Assembly (NCBI GenBank): GCA_013152925.1
Contig: JAADFK010000101.1
Location: 2,336-66,335 of the forward strand
Source of the DNA: Acidobacteriota bacterium
GTDB lineage: Bacteria > Acidobacteriota > Thermoanaerobaculia > Thermoanaerobaculales > Sulfomarinibacteraceae
Direction of reading: 5' to 3'
DNA length: 64,000 nucleotides
Positions within the stretch are counted from its first letter, which is position 1. Each line of letters begins with the position of its first letter. The notes under the pieces were generated by a model. That model ran no database searches, had not been told where the DNA came from, and saw nothing but the letters and a program-made list of their open reading frames with translations. Shown here piece after piece: positions 47,431 through 57,308 of the stretch. The position numbers and the translations under genes were made by a program.

Positions 47431-49179
47431 TCAGCCGGGGGCCAGCTGGGTGCCGGCGCGGACCAGGGTGGCGTAGACGCCGTTTTTCGCCATCAGCTGC
47501 TCGTGGGTACCTTGCTCGGCGATGCGGCCGCGGTCGAGGACGACGATCCGGTCGGCGTGGCGGACGGTGGAGAGCCGGTGGGCGATCACCAGCACCGTGC
47601 GGCCGGCGAAAAGCCGTTCCATACCCCGTTGGATCAGCGCCTCTGTGGCGTTGTCGACACTTGCCGTCGCCTCGTCGAGGATCAGCACGGCGGGATCGTG
47701 GGCCATGGCCCGGGCGAAGGTGATCAGCTGTCCCTCGCCGACGGAAAGCCCAGCGCCCCGTTCACGGAGAATGTGCTCCCACCCCAGGCGCTCGACGATG
47801 GACGAGGCGTTGACGGCGGCCACGGCCGCCTCGCTGCGGCCGGGAGGAATCCCCGGGTTCCCCAGATCGACGTTGAAGCGCAGGGTGTCTGTGAACAGCT
47901 GGATGTCCTGGCGTACGCCGGCCACGTGCCGGCGAACGTGGCGCGGGCACAGCCCGGCCAGTTCCCGTCCGTCCAGCAGGATGCTGCCGGAGTAGCCGGA
48001 GTAGGAAGTGTCCAGCAGCCGCGTCAGGGTCGTCTTGCCGGAGCCCGTGGCGCCGACGATGGCCACCATCTCCCCGCGGCGGACATCGAGGTCGATCCCA
48101 CGGAGCACCGGCTGACCCTCCCGGTAGGCAAAACCGACATCCCTGAGGACCAGGTCGCCGCGGACGGCGTCCACGGGCGCACCCCGGTCGGGATCGGGAG
48201 CCTCGTCGTCCAGGAGCTCGACGATCTTGGCAAGGGAGGCCATGCCGCGCTGCAGGACGGCGACCTTGCCCGAGAGCTCGCGTAACGGCCGGAAAAGCCG
48301 GTCCAGGTAGCCGATAAAGGCGACGATCAGGCCAGCGGTCAGGGGGTCCCCGAGGCCCGGGCCCAACCAGCGTGCCGGGGCACCGGCGCCAAACCACACC
48401 ATGGCGGCCACGGCCAACGCCGAGGCGCCGTCCACCAGCGAGAAGGTGAAGGCATCGTAGACGTTGCTGCGGGCCGCGGCGTCGCGAAAACGGCGTCCCA
48501 GGCGCGAGAACTGGGCCTCGGCCACCTGCTGGTGGTTGTAGAGCTGGACGATCTCCACGCCGTCCACCCGTTCGGCCAGGAAGGCGTTGATGGCCGACAG
48601 CGCCGAGCGAACCGTCATGAAGGCGGTGCGCAGCCGGCGCCTCAGCCACTCGAGCACAACGAGGATGGGGGGTGAGAGGAGCAGGAGGAGACAGGTCAGC
48701 CTCCAGTCCAGCCACAGCATGGCGCCGATGGTGCCGACGATCATCAGGAGGTCCAGGAAGATCATGACCACGCCGGAGCTGAACGCCTCACCCAGGGCAT
48801 CCACGTCGCTGGTAATCCGGGTCAGCAGCCGCCCGGCCGGTTGCCGATCGAGACGGGCCTGGGGCAGCCGCAGCAGGTGCTCGTAGAGCGCCTGCCGGAG
48901 ACGGACGACCCCACGCTGCCCCCCCCACGCGAGGGAGAGGCCGTACGCCGCCTCGAGAAGGTAGGCGCCGGCGGCCGCCAGAAGGTAGAAGGTCACCAGG
49001 CGCCACATGCCCTCCGTCCGGCCCGCCACGATGTGGCCGTCGATGATCTGCTTGACCAGCCACGGCTGCAGCAGGCTGAGCCCGGCGGCTGCCGGGGTCA
49101 GCAGCAACGCGGCGGCAAAGGCCCAGGCGTCCCGCCGCAGGTACGGCGCCAGGCGGCGTAGGAGGGCGAGGTCCTTCAC
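47431..49179 (-). CDS. ABC exporter, fused permease/ATPase half-transporter
   Basis: Six-TM N-terminal domain. Walker A GATGSGKTT, LSVGEGQL, ILILDEATASVD. Start overlaps the upstream partner's stop. Confidence 0.9.
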   Translation of the reverse strand: MKDLALLRRLAPYLRRDAWAFAAALLLTPAAAGLSLLQPWLVKQIIDGHIVAGRTEGMWRLVTFYLLAAAGAYLLEAAYGLSLAWGGQRGVVRLRQALYEHLLRLPQARLDRQPAGRLLTRITSDVDALGEAFSSGVVMIFLDLLMIVGTIGAMLWLDWRLTCLLLLLSPPILVVLEWLRRRLRTAFMTVRSALSAINAFLAERVDGVEIVQLYNHQQVAEAQFSRLGRRFRDAAARSNVYDAFTFSLVDGASALAVAAMVWFGAGAPARWLGPGLGDPLTAGLIVAFIGYLDRLFRPLRELSGKVAVLQRGMASLAKIVELLDDEAPDPDRGAPVDAVRGDLVLRDVGFAYREGQPVLRGIDLDVRRGEMVAIVGATGSGKTTLTRLLDTSYSGYSGSILLDGRELAGLCPRHVRRHVAGVRQDIQLFTDTLRFNVDLGNPGIPPGRSEAAVAAVNASSIVERLGWEHILRERGAGLSVGEGQLITFARAMAHDPAVLILDEATASVDNATEALIQRGMERLFAGRTVLVIAHRLSTVRHADRIVVLDRGRIAEQGTHEQLMAKNGVYATLVRAGTQLAPG

Positions 49180-50987
49180 GGAGCGACCTCCCCCGCGCCG
49201 GAGTCGGCGTCCCCTCCCAGCGCGCCCGCCAGCCAGGCGTCGCGCAATGGCCCCGGCCGGGACACGACGCGGTCGAAAGGCCCGCTGTCCACCAGCCGGC
49301 CGTGGTCGAGCACGAGCACCTGGTCGGTCCGTTCCAGCACCGAGAGCCGGTGGCTCGCAACGACGACCGTCGGCCGGCCCGGCCCGTGCCTCAGCTCCTC
49401 CAGAGCCGCCACCAGCCGCTGCTCGGTCCCCTGATCCACGGCGGACAGCACGTCGTCCAGGAGCACCAGCCCACCGCCGTGGTAGAACCCCCTGGCCAGG
49501 GCAACGCGCTGCCGCTGTCCCCCGGACAGCATGATCCCGCGCTCCCCCACGACGGTCTCGAGCCCCTCCGGGAAGCCGGCCAGCTCCTCCTCGAGCGCGG
49601 CCTTCTCCACGGCCCGGCGCAAGCGGCCGGGATCCGGGTCCTCCTGCAGCGCGATGTTGAAGGCCACCGTCTCGGAAAACAGGAAGGGGCGCTGCGGGAC
49701 CAGCACCGCCCGCCCGCGCCAGGCCCCGAGGTCGATCCGGGCGAGATCCTGGCCATCGACCAGGACACTTCCCACTGGCGGGAGCTCCAGCCGTGCCAGC
49801 AGTCTGAGGAGCGTCGTCTTGCCGGCGCCCGTGCGGCCGAAAACCCCGGTGAAGGACCCCGGGGGGATGGTGGCATCGATCTCCCGGAGAACCGGCCGTT
49901 GTCCCTCGCCGTGAGTGAAGCTCAGCCGGCGAATGAGGATCTCCGGACCGGCCGGCCGCTCCGGGGGCGCCTGCGTGACGATCGGCCCGGCGTCCTCCAC
50001 GGGCGCCTCCAGGAGCTCCAGCAGGCGCTCCATGGCGGCCCGCCCGCGCTGGATGACCGAAACCAGCCAGCCCAGGCTGCGAAGGGGCGGAAGCAGGACC
50101 ATCAGCAGGGCGATGAAGGCCGCCAGCTGACCGACGCTCAGGGTCCCGTTCTCCACCATGGCGCCACCGGCAACCAGAAGCACCGCCACGGCCACGGCGC
50201 CGCTGAGGGTCAGGAGCGGCAGGGCCAGGCTGCGCACCATGGCCATGCGGATCCCGGTGCGCAGCCAGTCCAGGTTGCGGGCGCGGAAACGGTCCTCGAA
50301 GGCGGCCTCGGCGGCGAAGCCCTGGATCGTCGCCATCCCCTGGAGGCTCCCCAGCACGTGATCACTGATCTCGCCAAGCTGCTCCTGGTTGCGGCGGTAC
50401 AGGGAGATCAGGCGGCGGATGCCCCACTGCACTACCAGCATCCCAACGGCGATGGGCGCCACGGCCAGGCCAGTCAGCCGCGGCGACAGACCGATCATCT
50501 TCCATCCCGTCAGGCCCAGAGCCAACGCCACGTTGAGCACCTGGAGTCCGCCGAAACCCACCATGACCCGCACCCAGCCGATGTCGTTGGAGGCCCGGCT
50601 GATGATGTCCCCCCGCTTGTGACGGGCATAGAAGGACGGTGGAAGCTGCAGAAGCCGGGAGAAGACGTCACGGCGCAACTCCAGCTCCATGTCCCGGGCC
50701 GGGTTGAAGATCAGGATCCGCGACAGGCCACGCACGCCGATGATCGCCAGCCCCATCACCGCGATGGCCAGGGCGAAGCGACCCACCGGCGCGCCGGCCC
50801 GCAGGGCGTCGACGGCCCGTCCGATCTGCCCGGGAATGGAAACCGACAGCTCGTTCGTCAGGGCGAGAAACCCCGCCCCCGCCAGGAGCCGCCGCCGGTG
50901 GGGCCAGACGTAGGTCCTTGCCAGCCGCCGCCACGGGATCGCCCCTGCGGACGCCCCGCGCCGCCCGCCACCGCCGCCTGGCCTCAC
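49176..50987 (-). CDS. ABC exporter, fused permease/ATPase half-transporter (probable heterodimer partner)
   Basis: GRTGAGKTT, LSGGQRQRVALAR, LVLLDDVLSAVD. I prefer the GTG at 50987, which forms a GTGA overlap with the malQ stop (track start 51080 overlaps malQ by 97 nt). The start is uncertain. Confidence 0.85.
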   Translation of the reverse strand: MRPGGGGGRRGASAGAIPWRRLARTYVWPHRRRLLAGAGFLALTNELSVSIPGQIGRAVDALRAGAPVGRFALAIAVMGLAIIGVRGLSRILIFNPARDMELELRRDVFSRLLQLPPSFYARHKRGDIISRASNDIGWVRVMVGFGGLQVLNVALALGLTGWKMIGLSPRLTGLAVAPIAVGMLVVQWGIRRLISLYRRNQEQLGEISDHVLGSLQGMATIQGFAAEAAFEDRFRARNLDWLRTGIRMAMVRSLALPLLTLSGAVAVAVLLVAGGAMVENGTLSVGQLAAFIALLMVLLPPLRSLGWLVSVIQRGRAAMERLLELLEAPVEDAGPIVTQAPPERPAGPEILIRRLSFTHGEGQRPVLREIDATIPPGSFTGVFGRTGAGKTTLLRLLARLELPPVGSVLVDGQDLARIDLGAWRGRAVLVPQRPFLFSETVAFNIALQEDPDPGRLRRAVEKAALEEELAGFPEGLETVVGERGIMLSGGQRQRVALARGFYHGGGLVLLDDVLSAVDQGTEQRLVAALEELRHGPGRPTVVVASHRLSVLERTDQVLVLDHGRLVDSGPFDRVVSRPGPLRDAWLAGALGGDADSGAGEVAP

Positions 50988-52486
50988 GCCGCGCCGTCCC
51001 GCCCGTACACCCCGATGAGACCGGCCAGGCGATCCCGGATGTGCTCGTCCAGCATCCAGGGTGTGATGCGGAACCCCCAATTGCCCTCGGCTCGCCCCGG
51101 CGTGTTCATGCGGCAGTCGGAGCCCAGGCCGGCCAGATCCTGGTGCGGCACGATGGCCAGGCGGGCCACGGAGGACAGCGCCAGACGAATGAGGTCCCAG
51201 TGGATCTCCCAGCCCTCGCCGCCGATGTAACGGCGCACAAGCTCACGCTCGCCCTCGGTGGCATCCTCGGACCACCAGCCCACGGTCGTGTTGTTGTCGT
51301 GGGTACCCGTGTAGACCACCAGGTCCCGCGTGTGGTTGTAGGGAATGTAAGTGCTCCGGGGCGACGGGTTGAAGGCGAAATGGAGGATTGCCATGCCGGG
51401 CAATCCCAGCACTCTGCGCAGCTCGCGGACCTCCTCGGTGATGGTCCCAAGGTCCTCGGCCACGAAGGGCAGGTCTCCGAGCTCGGCCTCCACGGCCTCG
51501 AAGAGGGCCCGGCCCGGCCCGGGAACCCAGCGGCCCATGACCGCCGTCTCTTCCTCCGCGGGAATCTCCCAGTGAGCGGCGAAGCCGCGGAAGTGGTCCA
51601 GGCGGACAGCATCGCAGAGGGTGAGCGCCTGGCGCAGGCGGGCTATCCACCACGCGTAGCCGTCGGCCGCATGACGATCCCAGTCGTAGAGGGGGTTGCC
51701 CCAACGCTGCCCCGTCTCGGAGAAGTAGTCCGGTGGCACGCCGGCGACGACGGTCGGGTTCCCCTGCTCGTCAAGCCGGAACAGCTCCCGACGGGACCAG
51801 ACCTCGGCCGAGTCCAGGGAGACGAAGATCGGCACATCGCCGAGAATCCGGATGCCGAGGTGCCCGGCGTGCGCCTTTAGGGCGGTCCACTGCCGGAAGA
51901 AGAGGAGCTGGCAGAAGCGCGAGTAGCCCGTTTCCATGCAGTTGGCGTCGGCCCAGGCACGGAGCGACTCGCCGTCGTGGCGCCGGAAGGGATCGGGCCA
52001 CTCGTACCACGGGGCCCCGCCGTGAGCCCTCTTCAGGGCATCGAAGAGCGCAAACTCCTCCAGCCACCATCCCTGCTCCCGGCTGAAGGCCTCGAGCTCG
52101 TCCGCCAGGGAGCCCGGCTCCATCTCCACGAGCCTGTTCCAGGCCTTCCGGAGCAGCCGTTCCTTGGCCGGAACCAGCCGCTCCCAGGCCACGTACTCCG
52201 TGGGCAGGCCGGGGAAGCCGTCCAGGTCGTCGCGTGTGAGGAGGCCCTCCTCCGCCAGGAGCTCGGGGCTGATCAACAGGGGATTGCCGGCGAAGGTCGA
52301 GGTGGCGGAGTAGGGGGAGAAGCCCGGCCCCGTCGGATTGAGGGGCAGCACCTGCCACCACCGGACACCCGCGGCGTCGAGCCAGTCCAGCCAGTGATGG
52401 GCCGCCGGTCCCAGGTCGCCGATGCCGAAGGGCGACGGCAGGCAGGTTGCATGCAACAGGACTCCTGCGGCGCGTTCGAGCTTCAT
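50984..52486 (-). CDS. malQ: 4-alpha-glucanotransferase (amylomaltase)
   Basis: AGVLLHATCLPSPFGIGDLG...WQVLPLNPTG...SPYSATSTFAGNPLLISPE...DVPIFVSLDSAEVW. Confidence 0.95.
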   Translation of the reverse strand: MKLERAAGVLLHATCLPSPFGIGDLGPAAHHWLDWLDAAGVRWWQVLPLNPTGPGFSPYSATSTFAGNPLLISPELLAEEGLLTRDDLDGFPGLPTEYVAWERLVPAKERLLRKAWNRLVEMEPGSLADELEAFSREQGWWLEEFALFDALKRAHGGAPWYEWPDPFRRHDGESLRAWADANCMETGYSRFCQLLFFRQWTALKAHAGHLGIRILGDVPIFVSLDSAEVWSRRELFRLDEQGNPTVVAGVPPDYFSETGQRWGNPLYDWDRHAADGYAWWIARLRQALTLCDAVRLDHFRGFAAHWEIPAEEETAVMGRWVPGPGRALFEAVEAELGDLPFVAEDLGTITEEVRELRRVLGLPGMAILHFAFNPSPRSTYIPYNHTRDLVVYTGTHDNNTTVGWWSEDATEGERELVRRYIGGEGWEIHWDLIRLALSSVARLAIVPHQDLAGLGSDCRMNTPGRAEGNWGFRITPWMLDEHIRDRLAGLIGVYGRDGAA

Positions 52487-52516
52487 CGGGCCTCCTCCGT
52501 CTCATGGTAACGTGAC

Positions 52517-53566
52517 TCACCCCCCGGCGGCGGCACGCCTCCTGGCAGCTTCGGCCAGCTTCCCCAACAACGACGAGGTCGGTACACCGGGCGTCCCGGG
52601 ATACTCCCATCGCCACCCCTCCCCCGGCGCCCGCGCGCCGGCCGTCTCGAAAATGACGCCCAGGACCTCGATCCGGCGGTAGGTGATGGCGTGCCGCACG
52701 GGGGGAAGGGCCACGCCGCCTTCCACCGCGAAGGGAAGGAGCGACGCCGCCACCGCGATCTCCTCACCGGTACCGGGCTCCGTGTTGCAAGGAGGCAGCC
52801 ACAGCCCCCGGAGGACGTCGCCCTCGTCGATCCGCCGCAGCAGCCAACGGCCACCGGAGTCGATGGCGATGGCCGCCACCCAGCGGTGGCGCTCGGTGGC
52901 GCGAACGAACCGGGGCGGCGGGATATCCTCCTGGCGGCCGGCCGCCCTCACAGCGCAGGCCGGACCCAGCGGGCAGCCGCCGCACCCGGGGGAGACCGGC
53001 GTGCAGACCGTGGCGCCCAGCTCCATCAGCCCCTCGTTGACAACGGCCGGCGTCCCGTGATCCATCAATCCCCTCACCCAGGAGGCGATGGCCCGGCGGC
53101 CGGCGGCGGACCGCGGGTCGCCGTCCAGCGCCAGGACCCGGGCGCCCACGCGCAGCACGTTGCCGTCCAGCACCGGTACCGCCTCGCCGTGAGCCAGCGA
53201 GGCGACGGCGGCCGCCGTGTAGGGACCGATGCCGGGCAACCGTTCCAGCTCACGAGCCGTCGATGGGAGCCCCTCCCCCCGCTCGTCCAGCACACGGGAG
53301 ATCCGGTGGAGAGCCCGCGCCCGGCGGTAGTAGCCCAACCCCGACCAGGCGGCGACCACCTCGGCCTCGCCGGCGGCCGCCAGCGCGGCAAGGCTGGGAA
53401 AGCGCTCCAGGAACGCCGGGAAGCGTTCCGCGACCCGGGAGACCTGGGTCTGCTGGAGCATCAGCTCGCTGACCAGCACGGCGTAGGGGTCACGTGGCTC
53501 CACCCGCCACGGCAACTTTCTGGCGTGGGCGGCAAACCACGTCGCGAGGTGGCGGGCCATCTCCAT
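52517..53566 (-). CDS. mutY: A/G-specific adenine DNA glycosylase
   Basis: LPWR...PYAVLVSELMLQQTQV...GLGYYRRARALH...LPGIGPYTAAAVASLA, a 4Fe-4S Cys cluster (CTPVSPGCGGCPLGPAC), and a C-terminal NUDIX-like domain. Confidence 0.9.
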   Translation of the reverse strand: MEMARHLATWFAAHARKLPWRVEPRDPYAVLVSELMLQQTQVSRVAERFPAFLERFPSLAALAAAGEAEVVAAWSGLGYYRRARALHRISRVLDERGEGLPSTARELERLPGIGPYTAAAVASLAHGEAVPVLDGNVLRVGARVLALDGDPRSAAGRRAIASWVRGLMDHGTPAVVNEGLMELGATVCTPVSPGCGGCPLGPACAVRAAGRQEDIPPPRFVRATERHRWVAAIAIDSGGRWLLRRIDEGDVLRGLWLPPCNTEPGTGEEIAVAASLLPFAVEGGVALPPVRHAITYRRIEVLGVIFETAGARAPGEGWRWEYPGTPGVPTSSLLGKLAEAARRRAAAGG

Positions 53567-53571
53567 GGACG

Positions 53572-53603
53572 GATTCTACAGGCCGCTGGAACGTTGTAGA
53601 ATC
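53572..53603. promoter_or_regulatory. 9-bp perfect inverted repeat in the mutY / ECF-sigma divergent region
   Basis: GATTCTACA (53572-53580), 14 nt, TGTAGAATC (53595-53603). The spacer contains GGAAC and the right arm contains TAGAAT. Confidence 0.25.
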
Positions 53604-53665
53604 ACCCGGGAGCAAAAGCCACCGCGCTGTAACCGCCAAGCCGGTCGAAACCTAGAGGAGGATGA

Positions 53666-54229
53666 GTGGCCGATCAACGCAAGCCAGACGATCACCTGGT
53701 CGAGCTGATGGTCGGGTACCAGAAGGGCAACATGAATGACTTCACCCTCCTCTACGGTGAGCTGGAGCAGCCGCTCAAGCGCTACCTGTGGACATTCGTG
53801 CGGGACGGCGCCACGGTGGACGACCTCCTGCAGACGACCTTCCTCCAGGTGCACCGGGCCCGCCACACCTACCAGCCCCCACGGCCGGTCAAGCCCTGGC
53901 TCTACGCCATCACCCGTCACGTGGCACTGATGCACCTCCGCGGCGCCCGCCGGCGGAAGGAATCCGTGGCCCAGGAGAGCTTGCCAGAGATCCCGGTGCC
54001 GCCCGAGGTGGAGAGCCTGGGCGATCGCGCCCTGGTGCGGAAGCTCCTCCTTGAGCTGCCCCGGCCCGCCCAGGAAGTCCTGACGCTTCATCATATGCTC
54101 GGGCTCAGCTTCGAGGAGGTCGGCCGCATCATGGGGATCAGCGCGGGCGCAGCCAAGGTGCGGTCCCACCGGGCCCTCAAGGTGCTGCGGGAACGGGCGG
54201 CAGAGCTCGATGTCAAGGAGCAGGTGTGA
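53666..54229 (+). CDS. ECF-type RNA polymerase sigma factor
   Basis: Region 2 (LLQTTFLQVHRARHTYQP...PWLYAITRHVAL) and region 4 HTH (LSFEEVGRIMGISAGAAKVRSHRALKVLRE). GTG start after AGAGGAGG. Confidence 0.9.
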   Translation: MADQRKPDDHLVELMVGYQKGNMNDFTLLYGELEQPLKRYLWTFVRDGATVDDLLQTTFLQVHRARHTYQPPRPVKPWLYAITRHVALMHLRGARRRKESVAQESLPEIPVPPEVESLGDRALVRKLLLELPRPAQEVLTLHHMLGLSFEEVGRIMGISAGAAKVRSHRALKVLRERAAELDVKEQV

Positions 54230-54879
54230 TGAGCGCGCAACTACCAGATGCTGTGCAGAAAGCCATCGAGCGGGATCATCGTGCCGTGCGGCCGCTTCCG
54301 CCGCTGTGGCGCCGCACCCTCGCCGTTGTCATCGTCGCCCTGGCCCTCCTGGCCGCCGTGCTCGTCACCCACAAGCTCCGGCCGGACCTGCCGATTCTCT
54401 CCTTCTGGATCGGCTGGGGCGCCACGGCCATCGAGCTCCTGGCCGGCATCCTCCTGGTCGGCCTGGCGCTCCGTGAGTCCGTCCCGGGCCAGGCGTTGAC
54501 CACCTCGACCATCGTGCTGGCCGTGGCCGCCGCCATGGCGGCCAACGGCCTCGTGGCCCTGGCCACCTGGATCGGCACCCACCAGGCTCCCATGGGGCTC
54601 CACGGCGGCAGCATGTGCCTGCGCAACGAGCTCGTCATCTCGATCCCCGCGGTCCTGCTGACCGTCTTCCTCGTGCTCCGCGCGCTCCCGTTGCGGCCCT
54701 GCATCGTCGGACTCCTCGGCGGCGCCGGAGCGGGCCTGGTGGCCGACGGCATCAACCACCTGCTCTGCCCGGTCTCCGACCTGCGGCACGTGCTCGTCTG
54801 GCACACCGGCGCCATCTTCGTGCTGATGGCCATCGGCTGGCTCGCCGGCAGGGTGTGGGAGCTCTCACGGTCCGTGTAG
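54226..54879 (+). CDS. NrsF/DUF1109-like polytopic anti-sigma factor
   Basis: 4-nt overlap with the sigma gene. A short cytoplasmic N-terminus followed by six TM segments. Layout as in DUF1109 anti-sigma-F proteins. Confidence 0.65.
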   Translation: MMSAQLPDAVQKAIERDHRAVRPLPPLWRRTLAVVIVALALLAAVLVTHKLRPDLPILSFWIGWGATAIELLAGILLVGLALRESVPGQALTTSTIVLAVAAAMAANGLVALATWIGTHQAPMGLHGGSMCLRNELVISIPAVLLTVFLVLRALPLRPCIVGLLGGAGAGLVADGINHLLCPVSDLRHVLVWHTGAIFVLMAIGWLAGRVWELSRSV

Positions 54880-54926
54880 ACCCGGGAGGCTGTTGTAGCC
54901 GCAACGACCTTCTCCTGAGCTCCGGC

Positions 54927-57059
54927 TCAGGCAGCCTCTTCTCCCTCCGGGCGATGGACAAAGCGGTTGTAGAGCACGAGGCTGAGGATGGTCAGGACGC
55001 CGATGGACGCGAAGATCAGCCACAGGACCCGGGGGCGGTTGAGCTGATCGACCCAGTGAACGTACAGGTTGGCGCCCAGCACACCCCCGATGGACGATCC
55101 GATGACGCCGTAGAGGAAGATGTAGCCCATGTAGGTTGCCACGCGGTCCCGCGGGGCGATCTGGCCCACGTAGGAGATGAACTTTGGATGGGCGGTCATC
55201 TCACCGATGGAAAAGACGATGATCCCCGCCATGAACACCCAGATGCCCGTGGAGATGGCCAGCATGGCCATGCCGGCCGTGCCGAAGGCGATGCCGGTGA
55301 TCATGGTGGGCAGGGCCCTGGTCTTGCGGACGATGGAGGAAACCAGGAGCTGAAGGAGGATGATGGTGCCGGCGTTGATCACCGTCACGTGCTCCACGTC
55401 GAAGTGGAAGATGGCCCCCACGCCCACGGCGCCGAGCAGCCCGTTGATGGCGTGGTTGAGGGACGAGGCGTCCACGTAGGCCTGGACGTACCAGAGGACC
55501 GAGTCGAACATCTGGAAGTAGAGCACCCAGAACCCCGAGTAGAGGAAGATCAGGAGGAGGAAACGCCAGTGGTCCCGGTATCGGTCGAGGTCCTCGAAGT
55601 CCATCAGGTAGATGGACAGCACCGTCAGGTAGATGATCGAGGAGACCAGGCGGGCGAAAAGGCTGAGGCCCGGAAGGAGCCAGAGAACGGCCCCCCCCGC
55701 CGCAACGGTGCCCGCCAGGTACCAGAGACGGTTTCCCGCCGGGGCCCGCCGATACCGTGGCTGGAGGGTCAAGGCCACCACGGCCATCAGGAGCAACAAG
55801 GCGATGAAAGGCACCAGGAACGGTCTCGTGGCCGCCCGGGAGGCAAGATCGTCCACCACGGAGGCCGGAAGCGCCGCCAGCTCCGGCACGGCGTGAAGGC
55901 CGGCGAGGATTCTCCCGCGGAGCGCCCGGTACCGATCCACATCGTCGAGCTGGATGACGACCAGCTCCGGCCCCCTGGTGATGACCGTGCCGGGGGAGCT
56001 CCCGTACCCTTCCTCCAGCCGGATGCGAACGGGCCGCGAGCCGGCCGCCACCAGGCGCTGTAACTCCCCGGAATCGAGACCGGCCATGTCCAGGGTGGGG
56101 AGGATCCGGTCCAGCTCCCCGAGCGCCTCTTCAGGCCGGAACACCGTCAGGCGCGTGTGGGGCGGCTCCCCGACGGCCCGCTGGACCGTCCACGGCTCCG
56201 GAGCGGTCATGTTGCGCGTGACGGAGACCTCCAGGAGCGATTCGCCCACCCGCACCGCCCGGCCCGGAACGGCCACGGTGGCCTGGCGGGGCGCCGTGTA
56301 CTGGAAGACGGCGCCCACCACCAGCACGAGCGCTCCGGCTCCGACCATGGCCGCGATCCAGCCCTTCCGGCGGGCGGCGTGAAGCAGCAGGACCACCGGC
56401 GAATAGATGATCTCGAAGGCGTTGGCCAGGGTCTGGATCAGGCTTGCCCGTTCCGCGGCCTCCTTCTCGGGCTCCGAGGCGGGCTCGCGGTAGAGAAAGA
56501 GGGTCGGCAGGATCATGGCGCCCGTGCCCAGCGCAGCCGCCACCATGACCCACTTCCATCCCAGCGAACCCTTGAGAAACGGGACGAGGATCAGGGGGAA
56601 CAGAAACGCCCCCAGGTTGATGGACCAGTAGTAGATACCGAAGCCGATGGTGCTGTTGGACCGGTCGGTCACCCGTGCGATGGTCCCCGAGATGATCGGC
56701 TTGAAGGCGCCCGCGCCGAGCCCCATGACGCAGAGGGCCAGGAACACCCCCGAATACGTGGTCATCTGGGACGTCAGGGCGTAACCGGTCCCCAGCAACG
56801 TGAAGGCGACCAGGAGGGTCTTGCGGTAGCCGAAGCGGTCCGCCAGGGCGCCGGTGATGATGGGCAGAAAGTAGAGCAGCGGCTGGATCGTGCTCTTGAT
56901 CAGGCCCACGTCCTCCTTGGCAAAGTGGAGGATGTCCGTCAGGTAGACGGACAGGATGCTCATGACCCCGTAGTACGAGCCGCGCTCGAAGAACTCGAAC
57001 AGGATCACCAGCCAGAACACGGGCCGGAACGACTTCAGGACACCCTTCTTCTCCGCCAT
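54927..57059 (-). CDS. POT/PTR2-family (MFS) peptide transporter with a large internal soluble insertion
   Basis: FWLVILFEFFERGSYYGVMSILSVYL and GALADRFGYRKT are POT signatures. A non-hydrophobic segment of about 170-180 aa (AVFQYTAPRQATVAV...ASRAATRPF) splits the TM bundle. Start trimmed from 57200 to the ATG at 57059. Confidence 0.85.
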   Translation of the reverse strand: MAEKKGVLKSFRPVFWLVILFEFFERGSYYGVMSILSVYLTDILHFAKEDVGLIKSTIQPLLYFLPIITGALADRFGYRKTLLVAFTLLGTGYALTSQMTTYSGVFLALCVMGLGAGAFKPIISGTIARVTDRSNSTIGFGIYYWSINLGAFLFPLILVPFLKGSLGWKWVMVAAALGTGAMILPTLFLYREPASEPEKEAAERASLIQTLANAFEIIYSPVVLLLHAARRKGWIAAMVGAGALVLVVGAVFQYTAPRQATVAVPGRAVRVGESLLEVSVTRNMTAPEPWTVQRAVGEPPHTRLTVFRPEEALGELDRILPTLDMAGLDSGELQRLVAAGSRPVRIRLEEGYGSSPGTVITRGPELVVIQLDDVDRYRALRGRILAGLHAVPELAALPASVVDDLASRAATRPFLVPFIALLLLMAVVALTLQPRYRRAPAGNRLWYLAGTVAAGGAVLWLLPGLSLFARLVSSIIYLTVLSIYLMDFEDLDRYRDHWRFLLLIFLYSGFWVLYFQMFDSVLWYVQAYVDASSLNHAINGLLGAVGVGAIFHFDVEHVTVINAGTIILLQLLVSSIVRKTRALPTMITGIAFGTAGMAMLAISTGIWVFMAGIIVFSIGEMTAHPKFISYVGQIAPRDRVATYMGYIFLYGVIGSSIGGVLGANLYVHWVDQLNRPRVLWLIFASIGVLTILSLVLYNRFVHRPEGEEAA

Positions 57060-57308
57060 GACACCTCCGGGATGACGTGGGGCGCAGCATAGCAGACGCC
57101 GGCCGCCATCCCGTTGACACCAATGGGTTCGGGCTCCACATTGTTCACAAAAGTCGTGCAAGAAAAGCCGGGACGGGCGCCCGGACGGCGGTATAGCCAA
57201 CGCCGGCGTACAACCCGCCCGGGCAAGACATCCGGGCGTGGGGCCCTCCGGGGGGTGCTGGATTCTTCCCGGCCACCGGGTCCCGGCCCGAAATGAGAGG
57301 AGGGTTTC

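Noticed and set aside
49302-51230. 642-aa plus-strand ORF
   Set aside because: Antisense to the ABC exporter and the malQ 3' end. No motifs. The minus-strand genes have Walker and signature motifs.
54914-54931. Hairpin CCTGAGC-tccg-GCTCAGG after the anti-sigma gene as a terminator
   Set aside because: No T-tract on either strand, and it overlaps the stop codon of the convergent POT gene. Too weak to call.
54615-56063. 482-aa plus-strand ORF, plus the 56131-57141 and 56157-57092 ORFs
   Set aside because: Shadow or alternate-frame ORFs of the POT transporter gene. Charged, low-complexity composition.
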